The notes under the pieces: model-generated
What the model saw: only the letters and a program-made list of their open reading frames with translations
Database searches by the model: none
Told to the model about the DNA's origin: nothing
Assembly (NCBI GenBank): GCA_905178155.1
Contig: CAJINV010000007.1
Span: 3,299,800 to 3,363,799 of the forward strand
Origin: Amoebophrya sp. A120
Taxonomy: Eukaryota; Protista; Dinoflagellata
DNA length: 64,000 nucleotides
Direction of reading: 5' to 3'
Part shown: positions 13,801-25,500 of the stretch, in pieces
Layout: every line of letters begins with the position of its first letter
Position numbering within the stretch: the stretch's first letter is position 1
Program-made: the position numbers and the translations under genes

Positions 13801-16314
13801 TCGAGCGCTGGCACTCAACACGAACGAGGTCATACAACCGCGGTCATATCGTCATCACCTACCCATTACGAAGCACACCGAACGGTGCCCTCGCATCTGG
13901 TGCACACTACGGCAGTCGAGCGAAGTTTGTTGGACCACAGTCACGATAGCCACGGTGCGCTCTCGGGAAGCGGCCAGCGCAGCGGGCGCGCGTCTTCATC
14001 CGGAAGAGACAGTCACAGTGGGAACAAGAAAGCTGCGAGTAAAACTTCTAGTTCGAAGATCGCAAAGGAAGTGCCAGCACCTCCAAAGCGCAGTACAACA
14101 TCGCAAAGCAGTAAGGAGAGCCCGAATTATACCAGAACCAGCTCAACTACCCCGATTGATGTCGTGAAGCAAAACGCGACCGCGGTGACAGCTGCTGCTG
14201 CAACTCCCAAACCCGCTGCGATTTCGGATAAAATTAATGGCACTTCTACTGCCTCCAGGCCATTGCAGCAATCAAAAGGCGAGAGCTCGAAGGAGCTGGC
14301 GAGAAAGGGCAGTGCGGCACCAGGCAGAGCAGTACACGCGCACGGCATTAACGGTAATGGCGTGCCGCCACTTCCGCTGGGTGACATGCGCACAAACTAC
14401 GGAAAGAACAAAGCTCCTTCTACAACGACGCAAGGCCAGCCCTTGTTGGACAGATCCGTCGACACGCCGCAGGGTGAAAAGCACGCAAAACAGAAAAGAG
14501 CTGCTGCCACCACTCCCACCCCTCCTTCCGATATTAGTGGAACGCCCCGGACGAAAATAAAACCCTACTCAGAAGCGGACCTGGAAGAGGTAGACAAAAT
14601 ATTGAAGCGAAAAGTTGTCCACGTCGGTGGGGAAACGGACGTAAACAAAAACCTGCACGAATTCGAGCAGAAACATCATTTCGCTGCGGTAGAAAAAGCT
14701 AAGCGCGATACCGTTGTGCGCAGCAGCATTGTTGGAAGAGGATCTTCCTCTGCTGGTGCATCCACGTCCACAATTAGTACGCCTGCTGTCCAGATGAAGC
14801 TCCTGAACAAAGCCCCCAGCACGACCGCAGCACAGCAGGCAAAGCCAATGCAAAGTGTCTCCGCTGGTGGTAGGTCGAGCGTCGCCTCCTCCGCCGCTTC
14901 TGGACGTGCAGCGGTTACGGATAAGGCAAGCAACCCTAAGCTGCCAGCTGCTAAGACAGCAACAGCAGGCAGAACCTCGTCTTCAGTAGCGGCACCTGCA
15001 CAGTCTCCATCTGTCGGCGTCAAAATGAAAGCCGCGACCTCAAGCGCGACCGTGCTGTCAAAGGCGGCTATGACTCCTGTGGCTGGAACTGCAGGAAAAA
15101 CAAGTACTAGCGGCATCGGGAGTAAAGCGCCAGCAGTGCAGCTACCCACTACGTCTCAAACTGCGGCACAAGCATCAGTTACTCCTGCCAAGTCAATAAA
15201 GCCTGAGACTACGGCGAAACCTCCATCGGCGTCAGCAACTTCAAGACCACCTAGTGCGCCGGTCGGTGCTGCGACTTCCGCGAAGGCGACCTCTGTGACT
15301 GCGGATCGTTCGTCGAAAGCAGCCTCTGCACCGAGCAAGTCAGCTACCTCTGCGGCCAAGACAGCTGCAGCTTCAGGCACCTCCGCTTCTGGGAAGCTGG
15401 CGACTAGCTCTGCAGCAGCAAAACAAGCCGCGAACTCCAAAACGCCAGCCGCCAAGAATGGACCGGGTCCTCCTTCCGTTTCTAGACCTTCTTCGGCCAA
15501 GAGTGCCGTGCCATCGTCGGCAAAGAGTGTGCAACTGTTCATGACGGAACCCGAATCGGATCGGAGTTGCAGTAGCAATTTCACCCGCTCGTCGAGTTCT
15601 AGTACAACTTCTGCAGTAGTGAAGATGTCTTCACGAGGAGGACCTCATGATGGTCCTCTTCGCGGCGATATTTTTGCAACTTATGCTGGTCCAACCGAAG
15701 AACGGGACCAAGTCGTTCTAGTAGATCTGTACGGGCAAAGAAAGAACAATCCGGACGACTGCGACACCGAAGGAGAATGGTCTGAGGAAATCTGCGAGTC
15801 CTGCCAAACCATGATACCCTGCTCATCTGTAGGTTGCGAGAATTTGCCCACACAGGAGGTGGACCATTATTTCGAAGACGAGGCGCAATACCTCTCCGAT
15901 CCCGAGCCACGCGACCTTCTCCCTGCTCCGACAGCGCTGCTGCGTGACGACAAGAGAAGCAGAGAGACAACCAGTTCTCACGTGGTCGTTCGACCCAACA
16001 TCGAGTACGAGCAGGCCGACACGGGATTTCTCTCCCGGATCGACAACGACTGGAGCACTCTGGGGTTGCGGGAAAGCGCAATTGGCTCCAGGCACGCCGG
16101 ACCGGGCGAGCGGATGACGGAGGCGCGAAACAAGAGGAGTGGGATGTTTGAGGTTGTTGACAGTGTGCTCGTCAAGGGGGATGAAAAGAACTGTAGTACC
16201 GTTAGCAATAGCACAAAGCGCCGCAAGAGCAGTCGCAGCCCAGCTGCTCGATCTAGAATATCAGGTCAGTATGTGCGGGCGCCAGCGGCGGATCGTGATT
16301 TTTTTTCAAGTTGA
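7894..16314 (+). CDS. Very large low-complexity, Ser/Thr/Ala-rich, probably disordered protein (about 2800 aa)
   Basis: 8.4-kb uninterrupted ORF with short coiled-coil-like segments (DLYREKRELEEKLLK) and no recognised domain. True start and any terminal introns are uncertain. Confidence 0.8.
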   Translation: MLASSRRKGRADRANDRRQAQRTRATTDRNSFQNNAAWQTQTQSTPDLQEQQPYLSNLALSLLYPNLLLPAQGQPEVVSAVQEEQGRRSGPSRNHHPATDLPQTSLTKAPVMMQKLPEQGESQSGSSSDQNDGNATSSTAYDTAQEDVDADPGGYIVRGPTSTTRNRSNKIKSEKMNKYKMSANDETSSDRRAASVLSPVRSRDQGRGRTSSNGVQVDRMSSTFSTSSILLEQAFVYNSDDVVRAFMELPATERDQLLQHPEHGLRIRQHMDVAGTPAGKNKKRGGFLPSEEDKILISNDEDYAGYGSLGLRVFSPRGRSDSPMAKTGNRATEEMLVQATAGMLREQGTKSDGAGRTKSRSPVPRVAHRKEVGARSSNQGNASPAPGVVGTSQRDQKDQPAALPENEKAHTGDREQQGPSQNVPGTAHRTSGNLTIERKTSLQSQQGATSQEQLPYGFLPAPAAAKANSISSRSEGRGAAAGASHLQKERRNNLGNADGQNNANDSLVAQTSPSKNEKPSTPATFAGNENPVSPDEADSKSVKEGRSAGTMTTESIVPLPGDTSDKSVYVVMKEDDLVRALTRVSSPSSTPAAVNDGIFTSSTIMIPGKNRYNALISRTTRKASTPATKGRAQTTTNLGGSRKMHSGPGAQPGRQELLRNAKASLDEDEEEKNAIPSYQEVEQQYLQRKMQPAPVVEPEFDTRVGGGSVLNLQTKPPAQPLFQAPHVPHAHVRSAATSPTPSPRAMMPSVMQKFDPSQRQGKTGAIERTLKASTATKSRAGDVAKKGSTAEELSKEAQRPGSVSESAPTRGEVLTSTGSTATKTEKPALASLMTRTTIAPRPQTQFVQAAPTMTSEMNVGSKATSSLVKSQETAVVTPSRISQQARSASTRSAPPTKRDRTSKEWRDERSASRALQGHEAPDVPLLPENYPQHLGFGLRFTRKQDLNTGGTTSSTIIGRAAGEEQSTAVLSKSTGVAFSSSLLQGKSFRTVVPDDYRNINDSIREWNLSKNVAQMQKNLPRSFTASKTTTSDGGGANYSQVDEDLVQVLSEYVQEIKNAYAAGETTSIKAGSTPAGAGDSSSGVPVVDLQPGDTEVDLDELVLANSTTAGAAGSKESTFSSRMFYFPKKRTFSNLTEKRTQDLYREKRELEEKLLKTVMRRVMMERTRAKVKQKKVEAEDHLQSDSRTIATRNLLSSRELFSRRATSSSRRPGVVERLERQKKMSNENSRSVVEDVSRRPKQRERTTYRAARDGDEQRASMNTRRKSRSSSPEEQTSSHDDLAKDYYHSPSRASRDERLTADMTVVSPKISRVLKTPHRWNSRFGVQNHRVSTGKLSTSVCPSSQKSSHKGEYNSSGRVQNYDGSLRDHLIDQYAKMRTSSKTRQNSSATDLGAFAQLSKAENTRPWSWQRVPRLSAAARNKDSADHAVDRESASAAEQRSSTPLALSDHDGFGQVLKLQHEEELRMGRSAGTSTLVEANTRTTRNMHSTSRESILAAERHSSTRRDSEQTVNNNNSMSKADLTQEPLVDRAKLTTQYSTSPPFSTKPRQSETVVPAKLSLHLPQDRDVVEIRYLDGNYPPSDDLYSEPSDMLFPSGREQEDTRTQHVLEPGTFRKEAVYAGERKRSAQESRGKTHDLEQVEHDENKKKSPTRHPSRLNSRQNTFSAPHKRSRFLSKKFDTHNELASQASLALAKHSTTEVNKSTFFRPPLVQLQPLPSTIQIPVLEDDESALEDQHNQLDDLDRDPRRTSQILADMHRKIEHLGSLVNFEEKTIKRLNTFHHSSAGSVGSLSMIWEQLDFAEDDEEGDQGENGRNGGTTKMPASRARNYRRLVQLRHSRSTADSELEAAGEDHQDDHEIVEGAHHDYTGSEEHQHHRSIPTEQHGHERPDHTHTTLSHSRASSLEHTTSQQPTVSHVPSKNGDVFDYTSEAEKRLALVGGSNRNQNHTTALSSKGNDFPSSKDQSSSKSSAGTQHERGHTTAVISSSPTHYEAHRTVPSHLVHTTAVERSLLDHSHDSHGALSGSGQRSGRASSSGRDSHSGNKKAASKTSSSKIAKEVPAPPKRSTTSQSSKESPNYTRTSSTTPIDVVKQNATAVTAAAATPKPAAISDKINGTSTASRPLQQSKGESSKELARKGSAAPGRAVHAHGINGNGVPPLPLGDMRTNYGKNKAPSTTTQGQPLLDRSVDTPQGEKHAKQKRAAATTPTPPSDISGTPRTKIKPYSEADLEEVDKILKRKVVHVGGETDVNKNLHEFEQKHHFAAVEKAKRDTVVRSSIVGRGSSSAGASTSTISTPAVQMKLLNKAPSTTAAQQAKPMQSVSAGGRSSVASSAASGRAAVTDKASNPKLPAAKTATAGRTSSSVAAPAQSPSVGVKMKAATSSATVLSKAAMTPVAGTAGKTSTSGIGSKAPAVQLPTTSQTAAQASVTPAKSIKPETTAKPPSASATSRPPSAPVGAATSAKATSVTADRSSKAASAPSKSATSAAKTAAASGTSASGKLATSSAAAKQAANSKTPAAKNGPGPPSVSRPSSAKSAVPSSAKSVQLFMTEPESDRSCSSNFTRSSSSSTTSAVVKMSSRGGPHDGPLRGDIFATYAGPTEERDQVVLVDLYGQRKNNPDDCDTEGEWSEEICESCQTMIPCSSVGCENLPTQEVDHYFEDEAQYLSDPEPRDLLPAPTALLRDDKRSRETTSSHVVVRPNIEYEQADTGFLSRIDNDWSTLGLRESAIGSRHAGPGERMTEARNKRSGMFEVVDSVLVKGDEKNCSTVSNSTKRRKSSRSPAARSRISGQYVRAPAADRDFFSS

Positions 16315-16784
16315 TCTTGATTTCCTCGAAACATGTTGCACTCTTTCACGAAAAACACAACCAAGCACCAATAAAGCCTGTCGATCGCAGCCACAGGTTC
16401 TGAAACGTGTACGATAGTTTTGCCTTTCGTGTTCGTGGTTTGAGGTCGTGGTTACATTGGATAAAAACATCGTTTCCTTATCGTTACAGGGCATTGACCC
16501 GAAGTCGACCAGAAGTGAGGGGTGGATTTAAAGTCGTATTTGTATTTGAATCGATATCGAAATCGAAGTTCGTTGAAAGAGTACTACACCGAGTCGATGT
16601 TGATTCTCTCTGTAAAAGAAGACTCACCTCGTATTGCAACTTTCGCAATCGCAGCTTTTCAGTTTTCGGTGATTCGTGGATTTCAATTTTACCTATCGGA
16701 AGAACACGACACCCGACGGAATCCACAGGATAATTGCAACTAGAGTGTACAACAAAAAAGTACCTGTTGATTCTTCTTTTCAAA

Positions 16785-17096
16785 ATGGGCGGCGATTCGA
16801 TAAACGCTCAGACGCTGAGCAATCTCACCCCGGAGGAGTTCACGACGCCGATGCTGTGCTATGTCGTGAAAAAAACCAGTTCTGCCGGCACCGAACCGCC
16901 TCCGGACGCCGACTGCAGCGCCTTTTCCGAGCCGGTTTTAGCGGTTACCGCCGTGGTGCAGCAGCTTTATCAGAGAGTGCGAAACATGAAATTTGATGGG
17001 CGGTCGGTGAATGTAGCCTGTTCGTCCTCGTCCCGCTCGAACGGAGCGGAGCGGGAAGGATCCTTTTTGAAGAAAAGACCAAATAACTTCTTCTGA
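16785..17096 (+). CDS. Small hypothetical protein (about 103 aa)
   Basis: ATG in caaaATG context with GC-rich coding-like sequence. MKFDGRSVNV weakly recalls the end of an RRM/UHM domain. Confidence 0.4.
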   Translation: MGGDSINAQTLSNLTPEEFTTPMLCYVVKKTSSAGTEPPPDADCSAFSEPVLAVTAVVQQLYQRVRNMKFDGRSVNVACSSSSRSNGAEREGSFLKKRPNNFF

Positions 17097-17714
17097 GATT
17101 CTTGTAAGGTGGAACTATGCTAAAGCTGAAGCTGTTGGACGTACGATGGAAAATGAAACCGCGTCTCATCTAGTTGTACTTATGATGTTTCGTGTCGTTA
17201 TGCATGGTCAGTGAGGAAGAACCGGAACGAAAAGCAAGAATTATGCGAGCGATCTTGTACACTTGCTCTTGCAGCGAAAGCGAAATCCGTATCCGGGTCG
17301 TACTGATCTGCCTTTATCGGTCGTATTTTACCAGGTCCACATTTTATCCCTCGTGGAATCAATCTTCAATTGCTGGCACTGTTGCGATTCGGGAAGCAAA
17401 AAAGAAAAACTCGCGTAACCTATGCATACTTCGTCGCACATACGAATCGTAATGTAAATGTCGTCTGCTCCGGCTCTATCGTCATCGTGGCTCTCCGTCG
17501 TTGTCGTAACTACCAACCTAGCTGTGTCGGTCGAGGTCATCGCGAAATGTCTTATTCACATGAAATAAAAAGCGACAAGCATAGCGACAAGCATGTATAC
17601 TCTCTACTCACCTTTGCTAGCTGTGCGGCCAGAGGGGGCGATGGTCTCCTGTTTACACGTGTTTTTTTTCTTGAAAGATTCGTATATTTAGTTAAGTAGA
17701 ACGAACTCACCAAA

Positions 17715-20700
17715 ATGGCCCAGCAGCAGCAGCAGATTGAGTACGTGAAGCGTGAGCTTCGCGTACCGGCAAACACGCCACTGCCCCCCGTTCGCCAAAC
17801 CACGGTGCAAAAGACGGATGAGCTGTTTCATCAGGGCGACATAATTGTGCTCGTACATAACCAGAAAACGACGAACGAGAAGGACTTGAAGCAGGCGTGG
17901 AATGACTTAATCCCTTACAACAAGTCAGTCCTCGTTTACCGGGTGGATGGGGAGCACACCGTAGCAGCGCCCGGTCCAGCGGACCGCCTCGGCCAGCTGC
18001 CCCAGCATGCGAACCACGCAAGAGGGCAGAAGGTTTTACCGCAGATGACGTTGGAGCCGGTGAGGTTGCCGGAGCAAAACGAAAACCTGAACTTTTTCCG
18101 CGAAACGCTACTGAAAAAGGGGGGAACTAGTAGTGCTGGAACATCAAGTGCGATGATGAAAATGGAGCAGGAGCACCAGGGAACAGCAGAGCAACTTACC
18201 ACCGCGAGCGGAACCTCGTCATCTGGAGGCTCATCGTCTTCTAGCAGTGGCCCAGTTACCTCCTCCTCTAGTAGCTCGTCTTCTGGCGAAGAAAATCATG
18301 TGCAAGAAAATTCGAAAATGACAAAGGCATCTTCAACAACCTCTATCATGAAGAATTCCAGCCTTAAGCTCGCCGAAACCGACATGTACGAGCGGGAATT
18401 GAAGCCGAAACCGCGGGACGAAGTAACATTCAAAGTCCCCCGGCTGAATTCCGCCATGGCGGGGGGTAACAAAAATGCCGACTTATTTGCACCCTCTTCT
18501 AGTAGTAGTGCAACATCTACAACTTCAAGGCTTCCGCCGGGCGGCATGGTGGACGGCGGCGGTAGCTCCCTTGAAGAGTACTTGGCTGACCAGAAGACAA
18601 TGAAGGGTAGAAATCCAAATCCGAAACGGGTTAGCTTTCCGGCGAACGAGGTCGAGCAGGAGTTCCGCTTCACGGGGTCCTCGCCGCTGACCACGGATAT
18701 CAACCAACAGATGAGTCAGAATTTGACGGCGCAAGCCGTTTCGGGCAGCCCGATTCGGAGTATTCAAATGAACAAAAGGTATCCGCAGTTCCACAACGCA
18801 GATAGTACGAATTCTGCTGGTGGTGCAGCAGTTGTATCCACTGGGTCCTCGTCGGCGTCTATTAAGCCGGGTTCCCCGACAAAGCAGGAGGAAATCGAAA
18901 GGATCTGGACTGGTGCGGGATCTGCGGGGGGAGGTTCGTCTTCGAATCTCGGCATGAGTCCGAGCGAGGTGATGCTCTCGACCGCGTTCTCCCGGCCGCG
19001 GGTGCCAAAGTCGACAGTTTCGTCAAAACCCAGGATTGACCTGCCCACGCGGGAGGACGCGATGGCTGTCGGTACTGGTTTGTCTACTTTCGTATGCATG
19101 TTGACGTTCAAATCCGCTTATTGTTTGGTTTCGCTTGCCTAGATGATCGCTGTTCTTCTTTGTCGTGCATCAAAAATGCTGCCCGTGGTGTATAAGACTG
19201 AAACTGAAACACCCCATCTTCAGGTGAACTGCCTCCTCCCCTGCCTCCGCGGCACGTGACCCTTTATTCCCTGTCCGAAGAACTTCGCTCGCTTTCCTCC
19301 TCCGTGAAACTCCGACTTTCGCTGCTCCATCCCTCGCAGGGCGGGTTGGGTGGGGATATGAACCCCACGGAAAGCAGCGGGAGTGAAGATCAGTTCGAAA
19401 CGCAGAATCCGCAGAACAGCCAGAACAAGAACACGAAGGAGTGCCAGATGCTGGACGAAAGAGCGCTGTTATTGCTTCGGCAAGCGGAGCAGAACCTCGC
19501 GCTGAGTGATTTCAGCAAGGAATTGCGGAAAATTTCCCCCGATCTCGAATCCATTCTACTCCAAACCAACGAACTGACCACGAGTAACAACAGGTTATCC
19601 ACTTCCATCACGGAAAGGCTGGATTTCCAAAAACTGTTGAAGTTTGTGAAGAACTTGCAAAGCCGGAATCTCTACTTGGTCGACGAGTTCCAGAAGCAGG
19701 CGAACACGCTGCAGAAGCACTTGTTGCAGATTCTAGCCTCCACGCACCCGAAACGGCAGGCCGAGTTGGAAAGTCGGTGGAGGCAGAAGAACGCGCCGGT
19801 GGTAAAAACGACCGGGAGTCACGTGGACGTCGATATCGTTTCGCAACCGGACAAGTTGTCCGTGCTCCAAACGCAACTGTTTGACGTGGTTGAGGTTCTG
19901 CACGAGTTAAACAACACGATCAACAACAGTCACCAAGCGATCTACGATATTTTGCCGGATCGCGAAAAGCGGAAGCTGTTCACGCATTTGCCCCCCTTCG
20001 ACCGAAACGCGATTCTGCTATCCCCGTGGGAGTTGGCGGAACTGCAGAAAACGGGAACCGTAGCCTTGAAAGACGCGAAGCACGTGTCGATCCAGTTGAC
20101 CGCGCAGTTCCTGAACGCCTACTTGCAGAGAACCCATTTTGACGTCGCGCGGGATCTGGCTGGAGAACTCCCCGACGAGTTCGTCAGTCCCATCGACCGG
20201 GAGCTGTTGGCGAACGGGGATTTTTCCGTGTTGTCCAAAACGGTGCTGCCGATGCTGAAGCAGAAAGCGGACCAGGGGGTGGAAATGGAGCGCTTGGTGT
20301 TGCACAGCGGGCTACTGAGCTCGAAGAAATCCAACTTGCTAGTTGACGCGAAACAATTGGAGAAAACAATCGAGAATCAAAACAGCAACAACAGCAATCC
20401 AGACGACTTCTACACGGCACAGAACAAGCAGCAGAAAGCGAAGCTCGTTTTGCGGCAAGCAGCTGAAGAAGCGCGGGAGACGCTGGCGGCGAGGGATCGG
20501 CTGGCGGCTTTGCTGGACGGGCCGGCACGGAGTATGATTGCGGAGGAGCACGCGCCGGGCTTGCCTGCGGTCGTCGATGCGATAGAAACCGGGTTTAAAG
20601 GTATAAGTTTGTTTTGTTGTAGACTGTTGTATTCGTTTTTTACGTGCTTTGTCTGTGTCAGGTTTTGCAGGGGACAAATTATCACTGCCCGAACCTCGTC

Positions 20701-21851
20701 CAAACTACAGCCCACATTTCCGAGCTTGCGACTAACAAGGAAGAGAAAAAGGCGTTAATCGAGATGGGCGCGAAGAAGCAGCGGAAATTAGAGGAAGCCC
20801 TGCAGGAAAATAAGCAGCTGAAGGAGGAGCTGGAGCAGCAAATTAAACGGAACGAAGCCCTCGAACAGGAGTTTGACAGCAAAGAGCAGTCCTACCGCCG
20901 ACTTCTCGCTTCGGAACGGGCGGACAAGGCTACGGCGCTGGAACAGCTGCAATTAGAAAGTATGAAGCACACGGAGCTGATATCCTATGTAAAAACGTCC
21001 CCACCCCATAGTCAAGATGGGAAATCTGCAACACAAATCGCCAATTTTTGGGAGTTCGACATGACAAGTTTCCATCTGCAGTGTAGTGCTGGACAGCAAG
21101 GACAGCCGCATGAGAAAGCCATTTACTCATGCTGTTTGCAGCATTACAAATTCCAAAACACGACTGGAAATGCCTCTCAAGGAGATGCGCATTACAAATG
21201 TTCCTGTCATTGCACATTAGCATGACAACTCTAGTGTGGGGACGTTTTTACACACGATAGCTGAAGCAGAAGTCCGCGGCGTTGCTCGCGACCTTGGAAA
21301 CCGCGAACCAGGATATGGAGCTCTCAAATGATACATTCTCAACTGTTACATAAATTTGTAATGCAAGACTGGCAAAAGTGAAAGGAGGAAGATTGCGCCT
21401 TTTGCATTACAAGTTTGGCGCAGATTTAGATGCTGTTTAGCCCTTCCGAAATTTGTCATGCGAAGCAGCTCGATCATCTGGATCTGCCGGCTGAAGGTGC
21501 TTTTGCATGACAAATTCATGGGACACCCACACAACTTCCGTCGCAGCCGTCCCAGTAGTTGCTGTGGAGGCTCTTCGGTAGAAATCGCACTGCCCAATAA
21601 ATTCCGCTAGAGTTTACCGGGTATGCGGCTACTGTTTGTCGAAATAATTTACATGGAGACGCCCTGCCCTTAGCCTTCCAACATGACAAATTCATGGGAC
21701 AGCTGAGAGTGTAACGTTTGAGAACGCCATACAGGAGCTCACCGGGTTGCACCGAAAAACGAGCGAGAAAATCAACGTGTGTGCGGATCTGCGGACGGCC
21801 CTGAGTGACTCGCTCTCCCACACGGTGGACACGCAACTGATCGAAAACTGA
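17715..21851 (+). CDS. Multi-exon coiled-coil protein containing two introner insertions
   Basis: Inferred GT-AG introns at 19072(or 19078)-19223 and 20601-20710, plus TIR elements at 20981-21259 and 21314-21731. Removing all four gives a continuous frame ...TELKQKSAALLATLETANQELTGLHRK...LIEN*. Confidence 0.8.
20981..21259. mobile_element. Introner/MITE-like element A (279 bp) in an exon
   Basis: TIR tatcctatgtaaaaacgtccccac / gtggggacgtttttacacacgata (22/24). TSD GCTGA at 20976-20980 and 21260-21264. Removal restores the frame. Confidence 0.92.
21314..21731. mobile_element. Introner/MITE-like element B (418 bp) in an exon
   Basis: TIR tatggagctctcaaatgatacattctcaactgt / acagctgagagtgtaacgtttgagaacgccata (27/33, extends to about 50 bp). 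TSD CAGGA at 21309-21313 and 21732-21736. Can be spliced as GA-AG. Confidence 0.92.
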
Positions 21852-22578
21852 GGAGCCGGAGCGGGTGGGTCATGGTTTTCTTTGTTCGACCGACTAGAGC
21901 ATTTACTTATAATATACTTTCATCATAGAGATGGAACTGTTCTGTAAGCTAACGCTTCCAGAGCCCGTGTTACGAACAATGCAGCGCACCTATGATTTTG
22001 TGCTTTGGGAGTACGCGGAGGTGTAGTTTTTTCTGTACGGATTTTCAATTTCATTTTTGAGCTTACTGCAAGATTCATCTTTTTTGAACTAGCAAAAAAA
22101 TATGCGGATTTTTCACGATGGCCTGCTGTAACTGTATCTATCCTCGTGAAATACAAATAGTTGGAAAAGTAGCATAAATTAAGATTCTTGCATAAAATAT
22201 TTGAGTTTGTTTTGTTGGCCATCAAGATGAGTGGTGGAAGTGAAGGTGACCTGTACCTAGTATGGAGAAATTTTTATGGAGCAGCATCGTTTTCTTTTTG
22301 TTTGAAGGACGTGGACGAGCAATGGATTCATAGATACTTCGTCTTCGACGAAAGAAGATAGGCGAATCTTCGAATGAGTCCGTCATTCATAAACGTGTGC
22401 TAAACTTTTGCTTTTGGAGTGCCCCCCGACGAGCCCGAGGATTAGGACATTTCCTCGCGGCGAGAGATGTAGAAATAACATTTGCGACAGAACGAGGAAC
22501 AAGCAAGATGAAGATCGTATTGACAGTTGTGAGTCGTGGCCCGGATAAACAAAGTTTCAACGTAGAGCATCGAAAACC

Positions 22579-25500
22579 ATGGCCAGCCCCGCAGGACAAC
22601 GCCCGGCATCTTCTAGCTCGTCCTCGTCTTCGCCGCGAAGCCGGATGATGCAGCATGCAAACGACCACCCCGCCGTAGTTCCTCACCTGGACGAGGTTGC
22701 TTTTGCGGAGTTGGAAGTGAAGGTGCGGAAGATGGTTCTGGAAGTTTTGCAGCCGACTGTCGCGAAGAACAAGTCCTACGAGCAGGAGATAGTCAATCTG
22801 AAAAAGCAGCAAATATCGCAGAAGGAAGAAATTCTCTCCCTCCGCGACGAGACGAAGCAATCCACGCAGAAGTGTTACGCGATCGACCAGTTTCGGGAAG
22901 AATTGGTCCAGGCGGAGAAGGAGCGGAGAGAGCACCAGGAGTTTATGCGAGGGAATATTCGGCTGATCGACGACAAGGTCAGGAACAACAAAATCCAGTG
23001 TGAGCAACAAAACTCGTTAATTCAACAGCTCCAGAGACGGACCGAAGCCATCGAGGAGTCGGTGAAGGACTTGCAGGGAAGATTTGAACTGTTGAAAGCG
23101 CAATTGACCAACGAACTGGTGCAGAAGGGGAAGGAAATCACGGACACAAAAGCGGACATCGAATTGAAGTTCGCGAGAAGCGAATACTCGATTGCGAAAA
23201 CGGTGGACCAGGTGTTTGAGCAGGAGCGGCAGTTGGGAAAATTGTTGTTTCGCCTGGAGAAGGAGGAAAATTATTCCAAAAGCTTGAGTGGGAAGTTGGC
23301 AGAGCTGGGCGAAAAAGCGGTTTTCAGACTCGAAGTCGAGAAGAAGCTCAGCGTCATGCAGAAAAGAATTGACGAAGGTATAGAAATAAACTACTTGGCG
23401 CAGGAGCTTGTTGAATAAAAAACAAAATAAACCTTAACCTATAGTATCAAATAATGTGTTTTGCTTGTATGCATGTAGAAGAAATAAAGCAGCCCATGAT
23501 GCGAACGGGAAGATGAAGAGAACGCATAAAACATCCCAACTTTTAATTCTATCAGCCCGCGCCGACACCGCGGAGGTGCAGCGATTGATCACGGATACTT
23601 CGGAAAATCTGAAAAAACACTTCGAGACGGCGTCCAACGTGATTGCGGTGAACACGAACGCGAGTATCAAGGACGCGAGGGAGGAGTTTTCCCGGAAATT
23701 GTCAGAGAACAAGGATGCGCAGAAAAACATTGTGGACGCCGTGGAAAAATTGGAGGAGATGGACATCGACCGCAAGGTGGCCGAGCTGCGCGCGGACATC
23801 GACCGCGAAGTGGAAGTGGTACGCGAGGATTTGATCGCACGTGACCGGCGGTGGAAGAGGGACTTGGCGGATGCGAGGGTCTGTTGGTTGTTTTGGAAAT
23901 AATGGTTGTTTGCTGGGCAGTGACTGCAATGTTGAGAATAGCACAAGGAAGCTGCACTGGTCCTCTGTCTTGTTACGTCATGTTCCGCATGATTTCACCA
24001 AACAAACACTGAAACAGATCGAGCGCACCCACCTCGGCAAGGCCGTGACAAAGGCTATGTCGGCAAGCGGTTTGCTGCAAGAAAACCAGGACCGTATTTC
24101 CCGTGCGTTGGAGCTGGTTTTCGATGCCGCGGACTGCTTGTCTCAGCTGTTGGTCCAAGATGAGACGGATAAGGAGGGGTTAAGCTTAGTCGGCTTTCGC
24201 GATAAAAATAATCCGAATGATGGTAGCGGTGCGCTACGTGGGGGCGAGGTTTCTGGAAGTTCATCACCGATGAAGTCGACATCTTCGTCAAGTTACAGTC
24301 CCAGGAAACCGAATTACAGTGGGTTTCACAATACGGCCGACAGTTCCACTTTTCCAAGGGCAACTGCAGCTGCAATAAATTCGAGCAATTCACCAAGTCC
24401 GCGGAAGATGCACCTCGTCACCAACGCGCAACAGAGGCCGAAAAGCAGTAGCAGTTCTTGTTCCACGCGAAAAATGCAGCAGAAACACCACAACTTGCAA
24501 AACAAACCGTCACCCCCCGTGATCTCCCTCGATCCTCGCTGCCTGGCCTGCAGCGGGCAATCGACACAAATTCTGCAGGGCTTCAAAATGGCGTGTCTGC
24601 ACTACAAGCCGAGCCCGGTGAAGTGGCGGCAGAATCAGTACACAAGATTAGGTCTGTTGGAAATAAACCGACAGATTTTGGCTATCACACAGAAAAAAAC
24701 TGGCAGGTCATATTTGTAATGCAAAAATAAATAGACAAGAAAACTTGTATAGCATACCCGAAATAGCATGCTACGAGGTCGCCCATGACAGATTTTTCTG
24801 TGTATTTATTTTTGCATTACAAATATGCCCTGCCAGCTTTTTTCTGTGGGATATTGGCGCAAGCACGAACGGTGGCGGAGGCGTGCTGTTTCTTCGACAA
24901 TAGTACGCAACAAATATTCGGCGATGGTCCAGGAGCGTGGGCAACGTCAAGCTCATCGGCGTGTACCATTCCGAGCTTGACCACAGGCGTGATACCGGGG
25001 GGCAGTTTGGGGGGTATTAACCGAAGCGGAAACGAGACTCGTGAACCTCTACCGCGTGGGGGAGGAGCGGGTGGCGCACATCTGCACGACCGCCGACCGG
25101 CAGGTCCTCCGGGCAGTCTTGTTTTGACAAATCAGCATCCCGACGATTTTGAATTTGGATCAACACAGCAACCAAGCTGCGAAGCGGGCCCTGACTCAGC
25201 GCGGACGACTTACACAGGGCGTGCATCGTCCGCTGCTAAACCGGGAGCAGTAGTTCTTGAGGGTCGATCATCGGACGGGTTTGGAGGTGGGGACTTTTTC
25301 ACTAGTGAAGACTTAACAAGTACGGTCGCGCCCGATGCCACCGGAACAATTTTTCTTAGTGGTGGAACGGTCCTCTCCGGCACCGTTTTCAACTACGACC
25401 CCTCAGACGAATTGGACCTAACCTCACGGCCAAGTACCGCCGCAACGACTACCAAATGTAAAAATGTCTGGGTCTGGAAACTTGTGATGCTGGGTGGCAT

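Noticed and set aside
8601-16226. Many minus-strand ORFs, here and opposite other genes
   Set aside because: They are antisense shadows of + strand CDSs with no independent motifs.
20601-20670. Acceptors at 20661 or 20670 for the intron starting at 20601
   Set aside because: Both lead to an in-frame TAA. The acceptor at 20710 restores the frame.
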